Of a DNA stretch of 58,569 bases, positions 1 through 9,440 are shown piece after piece (position 1 is the stretch's first letter; each line of letters begins with the position of its first letter). The stretch is taken from positions 1 through 58,569 of the forward strand of contig JAFWTH010000037.1 of assembly GCA_017518975.1 (NCBI GenBank), in the 5' to 3' direction. Below the pieces are notes generated by a model. That model searched no databases, was not told where the DNA came from, and saw only the letters and a list, made by a program, of their open reading frames with translations. Source of the stretch: Clostridia bacterium (GTDB lineage: Bacteria > Bacillota > Clostridia > Oscillospirales > CAG-272). A program made the position numbers and the translations under genes.

Positions 1-2
1 AC

Positions 3-150
3 GAAGTTTGCACTGCCGTGCAAACTTCCGGAGTTTAACAGATCCCCTGCTTCGTTATCACCCTCGCAGGTAGGAGTCGCTGCCTGCTTCGGGCACTGCC
101 TTGCCGGGACAAAAATCATCTCCGGCAAAACTCTTCGACCCCGAGCGGAT
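3..150 (-). ncRNA. Candidate structured ncRNA (possibly 6S-like 3' part) ending in a strong hairpin
   Basis: No credible ORF. Minus-strand stems GGGGTCG/CGACTCC, TTGCCGG/CCGGCAA and TGCC/GGCA; terminal hairpin GAAGTTTGCAC-N4-GTGCAAACTTC (3-28); TATAAT on the minus strand at 152-157. Identity not established. Confidence 0.3.
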
Positions 151-249
151 GATTATACGGCAGATTTTCGCGCCGAGGACGCCGCCTTATAGACATAAGG
201 CAAGGACGAGAAACGAAAATATGCCGTATAGGCGCCGCTCCGGGCGGGT

Positions 250-287
250 TCGGGTAACTCCTGTTACCTCGGGTAACTCCTGTTACC
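250..287. repeat. 19-bp tandem direct repeat x2, each unit with a GGTAAC-N4-GTTACC palindrome
   Basis: TCGGGTAACTCCTGTTACC at 250-268 and 269-287, just past the aquaporin stop. Confidence 0.9.
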
Positions 288-295
288 CTAGAGAA

Positions 296-964
296 TTATT
301 TCTTCTCGGGAGCGATGATCTTCCAGATCAGCGCCGCGAGAATGCCGCCGACCAACGGAGCGACGATAAAGACCCATACGTTCGAGAACGCCTCGCCGCC
401 TGCGAAGAGCGCAGGGCCGAAGCTTCTGGCGGGGTTGACGGACGTTCCGGTAAAGTGGATACCGAAAATGTGTACGAGCGTAAGCGTAAGACCTATCACG
501 ACTCCCGCGACCGATCCGTTCTCAACCTTGGAGGTGACGCCGAGGATCGCGAGAACGAAGACGCAGGTAAGAACCGTTTCGATTATCAGCGACAGGACGA
601 TGTTGTTATCATATAGACTGTTTGCGCCGAACGAAGCGCTCTTGCCGACGAACGGGATAAGAGCCGCGGCGCCTGCGATCGCGCCTGCAAACTGCGCGGC
701 GACGTATCCGATGAAATCAACGAAGGAGAGTTTTCCGCTCACGAACATCGCGATCGAAACGGCGGGATTGATATGACATCCCGAGACGTTGCCGATCGAA
801 TACGCCATTGCGACGATCACAAGACCGAACGCAAGCGCGGTGAGAAAGTACGCGACGTCGTACTTGCCCTTGTCGCATCCGAGGACCGTCGCGGTGCCGC
901 ACGCAAAGAAAACGAGGACGAACGTTCCGATGAATTCGGAGAAGAATTTCCTGAATGTGCTCAT
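296..964 (-). CDS. aqpZ: Aquaporin (MIP family, AqpZ-like)
   Basis: EFIGTF start, SGCHINPAVS and TGTSVNPARSFG NPA motifs, hydrophobic helices. Confidence 0.93.
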   Translation of the reverse strand: MSTFRKFFSEFIGTFVLVFFACGTATVLGCDKGKYDVAYFLTALAFGLVIVAMAYSIGNVSGCHINPAVSIAMFVSGKLSFVDFIGYVAAQFAGAIAGAAALIPFVGKSASFGANSLYDNNIVLSLIIETVLTCVFVLAILGVTSKVENGSVAGVVIGLTLTLVHIFGIHFTGTSVNPARSFGPALFAGGEAFSNVWVFIVAPLVGGILAALIWKIIAPEKK

Positions 965-1018
965 AAAAGCCTTTCCTTTCTCGCGGCGAATCCCCGCCGC
1001 GCGGGGTTTTTCAAATTG

Positions 1019-1047
1019 ATTTTATCACATATTTTTCCGTTTTTCAA
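1019..1047 (-). promoter_or_regulatory. Sigma-A-type promoter for the aquaporin gene
   Basis: TTGAAA-17 bp-TAAAAT with TG extension on the minus strand. Confidence 0.6.
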
Positions 1048-1071
1048 GTAGAGCGCGGCGTTAATGCATTA

Positions 1072-1100
1072 TTGAATTATTCATTTTTCTTTGATATAAT
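1072..1100 (+). promoter_or_regulatory. Sigma-A-type promoter for the SLH/beta-helix gene
   Basis: TTGAAT (1072-1077)-17 bp-TATAAT (1095-1100), extended TGn. Confidence 0.65.
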
Positions 1101-1141
1101 CAACCTGATATCACCCCATATAATCAACCTGATATCACCCC
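1094..1141. repeat. 24-bp perfect tandem duplication containing the -10 box
   Basis: ATATAATCAACCTGATATCACCCC at 1094-1117 and 1118-1141. Confidence 0.95.
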
Positions 1142-1158
1142 ATTGAGAGGAGATAATA

Positions 1159-3852
1159 ATGAAAAAACTTCTTTCGCTTTTGTTTGCGGTCCTGATGATC
1201 ACGTCGTCAGTCACCGTCGTGACCGCCGCAAAAACCGGCTTTTCGGACGTCGCCGACAGCCGCTGGAGCGCGTCTGCGATCGTCTACGCGGTCACAAAAG
1301 GATATATGAACGGCGTCGGAAACGGTAAGTTCGATCCCACGGGCGCCCTGACCCGTGGAATGGTCGCCACCGTTCTGTGGCGGCGTGAGGGATCCCCCGC
1401 GCCGACCGCCCCGAGCGGATTTGTTGACGTCCCCGCCGGCGCGTGGTACGCCGACGCCGTCGCCTGGGCGAAGGAGACCGGCGTAGTCAACGGGATGACG
1501 GAGACGACGTTCGCTCCGAACGGTTTCATCACCCGCGAGCAGCTCGCGACTATGCTCTTCCGCTTCTCTTCATCCGCGCCGGTATCGGTGCCGGAGCGCG
1601 CGGATCTCTCCCCCTTCGCGGACGACGAGAAAACGTCCGCCTGGGCGAAAGAATCCCTCGAATGGGCTGTCGAAGCGGGACTGATCAACGGCACGGACGG
1701 AAATCACCTCGCGCCGGGTGGCAACGCCACGCGCGAGCAATTCGCCGCGATAATCGAGCGCTACGACGAGTCCTTCAAGTTGACGTATGCAACTCCCGTT
1801 ATCCGCTCCCATTACACCGAAAAGGAATATCCGCTCGTAACGGACGCCGACTTCTACGTCGCGACTGACGGCGACGACGGAGCCGACGGTTCTCTCGCGC
1901 ATCCTTTCAGAACGTGGGAGCGCGCCCGCGACGCAGTCCGCGCCGTGGACAAAACCGGACGCGACAACGTCACCGTGGCGTTCAAAGCAGGCGACTACGG
2001 CGCGATCTCCGTTCCCCTCTCCCCCGAGGACTCCGGCACTCCCGGGTGCCCGGTCGTATACTGCAAATACGGCGACGGAGATGTCGTTTTCAATAACGGT
2101 ATCGACCTGAACGCGGATGATTTTTCCGATCTCTCCGAGGAGGAAAAAACTCACTTCCCGGCAAAATTTGCCGATAAAATCAAGAGGGCGGACGTATCCG
2201 CCGTCATCGACTCCGGCATCGCGGCGCGCGACGTCGTTATGTACTACGACGGCGGTCTCTGCGTCGAGGCAAGATATCCGAATACATACGAGGACGGATC
2301 GGACCATCTCCTGACCGCTGCCGAATACAACGACAAGGAATCGCTCAGGATCGTCAGCCCGCTCCTCACGAAGCGGCTCGCGGCGTATGACGATCTGTCG
2401 TTTTCCACGATGGAAACGTACGGCTACATCATCAGAGGGTACAGAAAAGACTCGTTCATAGTCGGAGGTTACGATCCCGCGACGGGGGTTCTCTCGATCG
2501 CGAACTGGGAAACGTCAGAGTTCGGCGTGATGCGCGACTGGAGGGGAGTCGACGGGATGGGACTCCAGCTCTGTATCACCAATGTTCCCGCCGAGCTCGA
2601 CTTCACTCATGAGTACTGGGTCGATCCCTCCTCGAAAGCGCTGTACGTTTACGCACCGGAGGGTTCTTACCACATTCCCGTCCTCGGCGATATGGTGACG
2701 ATGGACGGCACGAACGACGTGACGTTCCGCGGGCTCACGTTCAAAAACACCTCGGGCAGCTTCATCAAAGGCGAGCTGTGTCACGGGATCACGCTCGAGC
2801 TCTGTACTTTCTCCGGCGTCTCCTCGACCAAGGGCGTATCCTTCAACGATTGCTCGCTTGAACGCGCGATGGATATCACCGTGAACGAGTGTGATTTCTC
2901 GCTCGCCTACGGTTATTCCCTGTATATAAACGGAGGGTGCAGCGGACAATACAGATTCTCAAAGAGATCGAACGTCCTGATCGACAACAATCAGGTCACG
3001 ACGTCCAATCTGGTTTTCGACGACGAATGCGCCGTCTACGTGCCGAACTGCTGCGGTCTTACCGTCAGCCACAACAGATTCGCAAACACCTCCCGCGGAG
3101 CAATAGCCTTTAATCACTCGTACGACGTCATGATCGAGTACAACGAGTTCACCGGCATAATGCAGAACTCCGAGGACGGAGGCGCCGTGTACTCGCACAG
3201 TTCGGCGGACGGATGGAACGTGACCGTCAGGCGCAATTTCTTCGATTACATGCCATCTGAGGGCACGGGAACGTTCGGATATTATGTCGACGACAACTCG
3301 TGCGGCGTTGAGATATGCGAAAACCTGTTCTACGACGCGGCGTCGCCTGTTATGATCCATCTCGGCAGAGACAACACAGTTCACGACAACGTCTTTATCC
3401 ACGGCGGCGTCGGTCTCAGCGTAGGTCAGAGGTACGAGATAGACGAACTCGGGCTCGAAGGGGCGGGAAAAAGCGGCGGAGAATTCAGAAAGACCAGATC
3501 CTGCTGGACCAAAATATTCGATCTCATCGAAACGTATCCCGAGTACCGCGCCGGGATTGAAAAGTGGTGTCCCGAGGTACTTAAATACCATCTTGATTAC
3601 ACACGTATGAACGACCGGTACTTCGTAATGAACCCCGTGAACACCGTCAGGGACAATGTCTATATTAACAGCAGCGGGAACGCGGACACTACGATGAACA
3701 AATACGAACTTGAATACGTCTCCGACACCGGAGGAAGAGGATACACGTTCGAACAAAACCCGATGTTCGTCAACCCGACGAAGGGAGACTACCGGGTGCT
3801 GAACACGGAGGAGTTCCCGAACATCGATTTCGAGCGCATCGGAAGATACTAA
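1159..3852 (+). CDS. Secreted SLH-domain protein with right-handed parallel beta-helix (GH141/lyase-like, putative glycan-active)
   Basis: Signal peptide MKKLL...; three SLH repeats (LTRGM, ITREQ, ATREQ); FYVATDGDDGADGSLAHPFRT motif; Asn-ladder repeats with DGGAVY and GYYVDD. Confidence 0.8.
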   Translation: MKKLLSLLFAVLMITSSVTVVTAAKTGFSDVADSRWSASAIVYAVTKGYMNGVGNGKFDPTGALTRGMVATVLWRREGSPAPTAPSGFVDVPAGAWYADAVAWAKETGVVNGMTETTFAPNGFITREQLATMLFRFSSSAPVSVPERADLSPFADDEKTSAWAKESLEWAVEAGLINGTDGNHLAPGGNATREQFAAIIERYDESFKLTYATPVIRSHYTEKEYPLVTDADFYVATDGDDGADGSLAHPFRTWERARDAVRAVDKTGRDNVTVAFKAGDYGAISVPLSPEDSGTPGCPVVYCKYGDGDVVFNNGIDLNADDFSDLSEEEKTHFPAKFADKIKRADVSAVIDSGIAARDVVMYYDGGLCVEARYPNTYEDGSDHLLTAAEYNDKESLRIVSPLLTKRLAAYDDLSFSTMETYGYIIRGYRKDSFIVGGYDPATGVLSIANWETSEFGVMRDWRGVDGMGLQLCITNVPAELDFTHEYWVDPSSKALYVYAPEGSYHIPVLGDMVTMDGTNDVTFRGLTFKNTSGSFIKGELCHGITLELCTFSGVSSTKGVSFNDCSLERAMDITVNECDFSLAYGYSLYINGGCSGQYRFSKRSNVLIDNNQVTTSNLVFDDECAVYVPNCCGLTVSHNRFANTSRGAIAFNHSYDVMIEYNEFTGIMQNSEDGGAVYSHSSADGWNVTVRRNFFDYMPSEGTGTFGYYVDDNSCGVEICENLFYDAASPVMIHLGRDNTVHDNVFIHGGVGLSVGQRYEIDELGLEGAGKSGGEFRKTRSCWTKIFDLIETYPEYRAGIEKWCPEVLKYHLDYTRMNDRYFVMNPVNTVRDNVYINSSGNADTTMNKYELEYVSDTGGRGYTFEQNPMFVNPTKGDYRVLNTEEFPNIDFERIGRY

Positions 3853-3853
3853 A

Positions 3854-3881
3854 GAAAAAAGCCCCGATACGGGGCTTTTTC
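3854..3881. terminator. Bidirectional intrinsic terminator
   Basis: AAAAAAAGCCCCG-ATA-CGGGGCTTTTT between convergent genes. Confidence 0.85.
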
Positions 3882-4094
3882 TTATCCGTTCACCTTGAAA
3901 CCGAGCGCTTCGACCGTTTCAACCAGTTTTTCCCTCGTTACGGCGGCGGGATATTTTATCTTCGCCGTCCCGTCAGCGAGCGACACGTTCGCGCGGCAGC
4001 CGATCGCCTCGAGAGCGTCTTTGACTCTTGCCGCGCAGCGCTCGCACTGCATCCCTCCGACCGAGAGCGTGATCTCATTCTTTTTTCCGAACAT
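3882..4094 (-). CDS. copZ: Heavy-metal-associated copper chaperone
   Basis: 70 aa with GMQCERC HMA motif, downstream of copA. Confidence 0.85.
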   Translation of the reverse strand: MFGKKNEITLSVGGMQCERCAARVKDALEAIGCRANVSLADGTAKIKYPAAVTREKLVETVEALGFKVNG

Positions 4095-4125
4095 CTTTCA
4101 CCGTACCTCCATATATGACAGATTA

Positions 4126-6447
4126 TCAGTTTTCATAATTATTCAAGATCTTTCTTTCCGCTTTTTCGGGATCCCACCGGGTCAGCCGCAGAGCGTTCGT
4201 CACGACGGTAAGACTCGATACGGACATTGCCGCCGCCGATATCATAGGCGTGAGCGTCACGCCGAGCGGCGCGAGAACTCCCGCCGCGACCGGTATGAGC
4301 AGAACGTTATAGAAGAACGCCCAGACGAGGTTTTGTCTGACGCAGCGCATAACCGCTCTGCCGAGCAGGATCGCCCGCGCGCCGTCCTTCAGCGAATTCT
4401 TCGTCAGGACGACGTCCGCCGACTCGATGGCGACGTCCGTCCCGGCTCCGACCGCGATCCCGACGTCCGCCCTCGCGAGAGACGGAGAATCGTTCACGCC
4501 GTCGCCTATCATCAGGGTGACGTGTCTTTTGCCGTCGCCCGTGCGCTCTCCGCTCATTACGGACGCGACGACGCGGTCCTTTTCCTCCGGCTTTACGGAG
4601 GAGATAACGTGATCCCCGTCTATACCGATCTCGGCGCCGACCGCCTCCGCCGTGATCTTATTGTCGCCCGTAAGCATCACAACTCCGCACCCGAGCGCGC
4701 GAAACGCGGCGACCGCGGCGCGGCTCGTCTTTTTTATCCTGTCGCGTACGGCGATAACGCCGAGGACTCCGTTTTCATCTGAGAGAACGACGGGCGTCCT
4801 GCCCGCGGCGGAGAGAGCGTCGACTTTCTCTGAAAGCTCGCCCGCGCCGCCGGAAAACCCGGGGTTGCCGAGCTTATACTCAACCCCGTCCACCTTTCCG
4901 CGGATACCGCCGCCCGGCTCCGCGAAGAACCCTTCCGTCTTCGGGATCCGGATACCGCGCAGATCCGCTCCGCGGCGGATCGCTTTTCCTATGGGATGCT
5001 CGCTCGACGACTCGAGCGACGCGGCGATCCCGAGTATCTCTTCCTCAGTCCGCTCTCCCGCTGAAACGACGTCGGTGACTTCCATCTCGCCTTCGGTGAG
5101 AGTTCCCGTCTTGTCCGTCAGCACAACGTCCGCTTTTCCGAGCGACTCGATCGCGTCCGCGGATTTGATGAGTATCCCGAGTTTCGCTCCCCTGCCCACT
5201 CCGCACATCACCGCGGTCGGCGTTGCGAGTCCGAGCGCACACGGACACGATATGACGAGAACGCATATCCCGTATCCGAGCGCATCGTGGAACGGGTGTC
5301 CGGTAAACATCCAGACGGCGAACGTCAGAGCGGCGATCGCGACGACGATCGGAACGAAGATCCCGCTGATCTTATCCGCGAGTTTTTGTACCGGCGCCTT
5401 CGTGGACGCCGCTTCCTCGACTAGCGAGGCGATCTGCGCGACCGTAGTCTCGTCGCCGGTTTTTTGCGCCTCCATACGGCAGAAACCGGACACGAAGAGC
5501 GATCCGGCGACGAGTGTGTCGCCCTCCGTCTTTTCGACGGGAACGCTCTCCCCCGTCACGATGCTCTCGTCGGCGGCGCCGGAGCCGGAAACGATAACTC
5601 CGTCGCACGGGACCCTTCCACCCGCGCGAAGCACGACCGTGTCCCCTTTTTCGATAAGATCGGCCGAAACAGTCATGACGGACCCGTCCCTCTCGATCTC
5701 AGCCGTCTCCGGCGTCATAGAGAGGAGCGCGCGAATCGCGCCCGCGGTCTTTCTGTTCTCGCGTCCCTCAAGCGTCTTCCCGAGAGAGATGAGAACGGGG
5801 ATCATCGCGGCGGATTCGTAATACAGGTGACCCGTCAGCCCGTGCGTCTCGCCGCCCGACGCGGCGTCAATAAAGATCCGAACCGTCATATATATCGCAT
5901 AGATATACGACGCGCCCGCGCCCGTCGCGATAAGCGTGTTCATGTTCGCCGCGCCGCGGAACACCGCCTTGAATCCGTCCGTGAAATAGTGACGGTTGAT
6001 AATAAGGATAGGCGTCGCGAGGACGAACTGGATCGCCGCGAATACCGCGGGAGCGTACCCCGCGCCGTGCGGATCCGCAAACGGAGGAACGGGAAGTCCG
6101 ATCATATGACCCATGGTGAAATACATCAGAACAACACAAAGCACCGCAGAAATAATAAGCCGGGTCTTTTTCTTTTTCCATTCGGTATCGTCGCCGTCCG
6201 AAACGCGGGGCGCGCCGACCGACGTAGAGTACCCGGCGCGATCGACCGCGCGGCATATCTCCTCCGCCGGGACGGCGCCCTCGTCGTACGTGACGGCCAT
6301 CGACCCGGTCAGAAGAGAGACCGAAACGTCCGCGACGCCGGGCAGCGCCTCCACCGCCCGCGTCACGGCGGCGGAACAGGCGGAGCAACTCATCCCAGTA
6401 ACCGTAAATTTCTGTTTTGTCAATATAACAAACCCTAGCGCCCGCAA
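4126..6447 (-). CDS. copA: Copper-translocating P1B-type ATPase (start uncertain: TTG at 6447 or 6423)
   Basis: GMSCSAC, TGES, CPCALGLATP, DKTGT, SEHP, GDGVND, YN and MSVSS motifs; GGAAAGGA RBS before TTG 6447. Confidence 0.93.
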   Translation of the reverse strand: MRALGFVILTKQKFTVTGMSCSACSAAVTRAVEALPGVADVSVSLLTGSMAVTYDEGAVPAEEICRAVDRAGYSTSVGAPRVSDGDDTEWKKKKTRLIISAVLCVVLMYFTMGHMIGLPVPPFADPHGAGYAPAVFAAIQFVLATPILIINRHYFTDGFKAVFRGAANMNTLIATGAGASYIYAIYMTVRIFIDAASGGETHGLTGHLYYESAAMIPVLISLGKTLEGRENRKTAGAIRALLSMTPETAEIERDGSVMTVSADLIEKGDTVVLRAGGRVPCDGVIVSGSGAADESIVTGESVPVEKTEGDTLVAGSLFVSGFCRMEAQKTGDETTVAQIASLVEEAASTKAPVQKLADKISGIFVPIVVAIAALTFAVWMFTGHPFHDALGYGICVLVISCPCALGLATPTAVMCGVGRGAKLGILIKSADAIESLGKADVVLTDKTGTLTEGEMEVTDVVSAGERTEEEILGIAASLESSSEHPIGKAIRRGADLRGIRIPKTEGFFAEPGGGIRGKVDGVEYKLGNPGFSGGAGELSEKVDALSAAGRTPVVLSDENGVLGVIAVRDRIKKTSRAAVAAFRALGCGVVMLTGDNKITAEAVGAEIGIDGDHVISSVKPEEKDRVVASVMSGERTGDGKRHVTLMIGDGVNDSPSLARADVGIAVGAGTDVAIESADVVLTKNSLKDGARAILLGRAVMRCVRQNLVWAFFYNVLLIPVAAGVLAPLGVTLTPMISAAAMSVSSLTVVTNALRLTRWDPEKAERKILNNYEN

Positions 6448-6472
6448 GGGAGCGCGTTCCTTTCCGATAAAT

Positions 6473-6501
6473 ATTATAATGCCCGAAATACGCTTTGTCA
6501 A
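6473..6501 (-). promoter_or_regulatory. Consensus sigma-A promoter of copA-copZ
   Basis: TTGACA (6496-6501)-17 bp-TATAAT (6473-6478) on the minus strand. Confidence 0.85.
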
Positions 6502-6508
6502 ACGGCAA

Positions 6509-6546
6509 AACGCATTAGTATTCATTTGAATGAATATTTATTCGCC
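6509..6546. promoter_or_regulatory. Tandem ARG-box-like operators (ArgR/AhrC)
   Basis: aaCGCATTAGTATTCAtt (6509-6526) and aaTGAATATTTATTCGcc (6529-6546) fit TGNAT-W4-ATNCA with few mismatches. Confidence 0.6.
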
Positions 6547-6680
6547 ATTCTCCGCTTTGCGGTTTCTTAGTTCCGGACTTCGCGCGGCTCGCTGTTTTTT
6601 ATGAAAAATGTCCAATAAGTCCCCATATTTAACGTATTAAACCTCAATTTGGACGAATTTGATTTTTTTGCGTCATTTCC

Positions 6681-6728
6681 TTGCATCGGCAGTCCGAGTG
6701 TGCTATAATATGTGCATAATAATTCACC
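6681..6728 (+). promoter_or_regulatory. arg operon promoter with an ARG box at the transcription start
   Basis: TTGCAT (6681)-17 bp-TATAAT (6704) with TGn extension, followed by tgTGCATAATAATTCAcc (6711-6728). Confidence 0.75.
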
Positions 6729-6773
6729 GGGGTGTATTTTTTATTCCTCCCGAACCGAAAGGAAACGAAGAAA

Positions 6774-8000
6774 ATGGATAAATCGAAGATCAAAAAGGTG
6801 GTGCTCGCCTACTCCGGAGGGCTCGACACCTCCATTATCATTCCCTGGCTCAAGGAAAACTACAACAATTGCGAAGTCATAGCCGTTTCGGGCAACGTAG
6901 GCCAGGAGGGCGAACTCGAAGGACTCGAAGAGAAAGCTCTGAAGACGGGCGCGTCGAAACTCTATATCGAGGACCTCACAGACGAATTCGTCGACGACTA
7001 CATTATCCCCACCGTCAAGGCGGGCGCTCTTTACGAGGAATACATGCTCGGCACGTCGTTCGCCCGTCCCGTCATCGCGAAGAGGATGGTCGAGATCGCT
7101 CTCGCCGAGGGAGCCGACGCTATCGCTCACGGCTGCACCGGAAAAGGCAACGACCAGGTCCGCTTCGAACTCGCGATAAAAGCGTTCGCGCCCGACATGC
7201 CCGTCATCGCTCCGTGGCGCGAGTGGAACATAAAGTCCCGTGAGGAGGAGATCGAGTACGCAGAAGCGCACAACATTCCTCTCAAGATCACGCGCGAAAC
7301 GAACTATTCAAAGGATAAGAACCTCTGGCACCTGTCCCACGAGGGACTCGACCTCGAGGACGCCGCAAACGAGCCGCTTTACGAAAAGGAAGGATTCCTC
7401 GAAATGAGCGTCTCCCCGCTCCAGGCGCCGGACGAACCCGAATATATCGAACTCGAATTCGTGAAGGGCGTGCCCGTCGCGCTGAACGGCGAGAAGAAGT
7501 CCGCCAAACAGATCATCCTCGATCTCAACAAGATCGGCGGGGAGAACGGCATCGGTCTGCTCGATATCGTCGAGAACCGCCTTGTGGGCATGAAATGCCG
7601 CGGCGTGTACGAGACCCCCGGAGGCGCGATCCTTTATGCTGCGCACAACTACCTCGAAACGGTCACGCTCGACAAGATGACCGCGCACAAAAAGCAGGAA
7701 CTTTCGATAACGTTCGCCGAACTCGTCTACAACGGCCAGTGGTTCACGCCTCTGCGTGAGGCGCTCTCCGCGTTCGTCGACGAGACGCAGAAGACGGTCA
7801 CGGGAACGGTCCGCCTCAAGCTCTACAAGGGCAATATCATCAAGGCGGGCGTTAAGAGCGACTATTCGCTCTACTCCGAGGAACTCGCTACGTTCGGCGA
7901 GGATCACATCTACAATCAGGCGGATTCCGCGGGCTTCATCAACCTCTACGGTCTTCCGATCGCCGTCAGGGCGCGCCTGAACGAAAAACTCAAAAAATAA
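6774..8000 (+). CDS. argG: Argininosuccinate synthase
   Basis: [42 protein letters not shown]; ATG 6774 after AAAGGA. Confidence 0.97.
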   Translation: MDKSKIKKVVLAYSGGLDTSIIIPWLKENYNNCEVIAVSGNVGQEGELEGLEEKALKTGASKLYIEDLTDEFVDDYIIPTVKAGALYEEYMLGTSFARPVIAKRMVEIALAEGADAIAHGCTGKGNDQVRFELAIKAFAPDMPVIAPWREWNIKSREEEIEYAEAHNIPLKITRETNYSKDKNLWHLSHEGLDLEDAANEPLYEKEGFLEMSVSPLQAPDEPEYIELEFVKGVPVALNGEKKSAKQIILDLNKIGGENGIGLLDIVENRLVGMKCRGVYETPGGAILYAAHNYLETVTLDKMTAHKKQELSITFAELVYNGQWFTPLREALSAFVDETQKTVTGTVRLKLYKGNIIKAGVKSDYSLYSEELATFGEDHIYNQADSAGFINLYGLPIAVRARLNEKLKK

Positions 8001-8028
8001 AGGTTTCTATTGTAACGGAGATTAAAAG

Positions 8029-9411
8029 ATGGAAAAGTTATGGGCGGGACGTTCGTCGGGATCCGTCGATCCGACGGCTGACGATTTCAACTCGTCGATC
8101 CGCGTCGACTCCCGGATGATCGAAGAGGATATCAAGGGCTCCGTCGCACACGCGGCAATGCTCGGCGCGAAGGGGATAATTCCCGCCGACGACGCGGAAT
8201 CGATCGTCTCGGCGCTCGGCTCGATCCTCGACGATATCAAAAGCGGCGCCCTTGAGATCGACCCCCGCGCGGAGGACGTCCACACGTTCGCGGAGTCCGT
8301 TCTGACGGAGCGGATCGGCGACGCGGGCAAAAAGCTGCACACCGCGAGGAGCCGCAACGATCAGGTGGCGGTCGACACCCGGCTTTATCTGAAAAAGGAA
8401 GCGAAGACCATCCTCGATCTGGTATACGAGCTCATCAGTACCGTCCGCGACCGCGCCGTCGAGAACAAAGAGACGGTTATGCCTGGCTACACGCACCTGC
8501 AGAGGGCGCAGCCGATAAGCTTCGGCCATCATCTTATGGCGTACGCCATGATGCTCACCCGCGACGCGGACAGGATCGCCGACGCCGTGAAGAGGATGGA
8601 CTTCTCTCCGCTCGGCGCGTGCGCACTGGCGGGAACTACGTTCGACACCGACCGCTTTATGACGGCGGAATCGCTCGGATTCACGGCTCCGACCGCGAAC
8701 AGCGTCGACTCCGTCTCCGACCGTGACTTCTGCCTCGAGCTTATGAGCGCGCTTTCGATCCTGATGATGCACCTCTCCCGCTTCTCCGAGGAGATCGTGC
8801 TGTGGTCTTCGTTCGAGTTCCGGTATATCGAACTCGACGACGCCTTCTCGACCGGGAGCAGCATTATGCCGCAGAAAAAGAACCCGGACATGGCCGAGCT
8901 CGTCAGGGGCAAGACGGGGCGCGTTTACGGCGACCTGCTCTCGCTTCTCGTTACGATGAAATCTCTTCCCCTCGCGTACAACAAAGATATGCAGGAGGAC
9001 AAGGAAGCGACGTTCGACGCGTTCGACACCGCAAAAGTCTGCCTCTCCGTCTTCACTCCGATGATAAAGACGATGAAGGTCCGCGCCGACCGGATGCTCG
9101 ACGCCGCGAAGGGCGGATTCATCACCGCCACCGACCTCGCCGACCTGCTTGCCAAAAGCGGCGTCCCGTTCCGCACGGCGTATAAGATCACGGGCGAGAT
9201 CGTATCGTACTGCATCAAGGAAAATATCACGCTTGACGGGATACCGCTTGAAAAATACCGCGAATTCTGCCCGGCGTTCGACGAGTCGCTTTACGCGGTC
9301 ATCGACCCCGCCGAGGCGATGAAAAAGAGAACGTCGTACGGCGGGACGTCGCCCGATTCGGTCGACGCGCAGGCGGAATATATCGACGCGTTCCTCGCGT
9401 CGCGCAAATAA
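8029..9411 (+). CDS. argH: Argininosuccinate lyase
   Basis: KLWAGR, HTARSRNDQ, GYTHLQRAQP, TGSSIMPQKKNPD. Confidence 0.97.
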   Translation: MEKLWAGRSSGSVDPTADDFNSSIRVDSRMIEEDIKGSVAHAAMLGAKGIIPADDAESIVSALGSILDDIKSGALEIDPRAEDVHTFAESVLTERIGDAGKKLHTARSRNDQVAVDTRLYLKKEAKTILDLVYELISTVRDRAVENKETVMPGYTHLQRAQPISFGHHLMAYAMMLTRDADRIADAVKRMDFSPLGACALAGTTFDTDRFMTAESLGFTAPTANSVDSVSDRDFCLELMSALSILMMHLSRFSEEIVLWSSFEFRYIELDDAFSTGSSIMPQKKNPDMAELVRGKTGRVYGDLLSLLVTMKSLPLAYNKDMQEDKEATFDAFDTAKVCLSVFTPMIKTMKVRADRMLDAAKGGFITATDLADLLAKSGVPFRTAYKITGEIVSYCIKENITLDGIPLEKYREFCPAFDESLYAVIDPAEAMKKRTSYGGTSPDSVDAQAEYIDAFLASRK

Positions 9412-9440
9412 CTTCAGACGTTATCAAGGACGGTAACATA

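Noticed and set aside
6448-6525. ORF-track N-terminal extension of copA
   Set aside because: It overlaps a perfect TTGACA/TATAAT promoter, so the real start must be downstream
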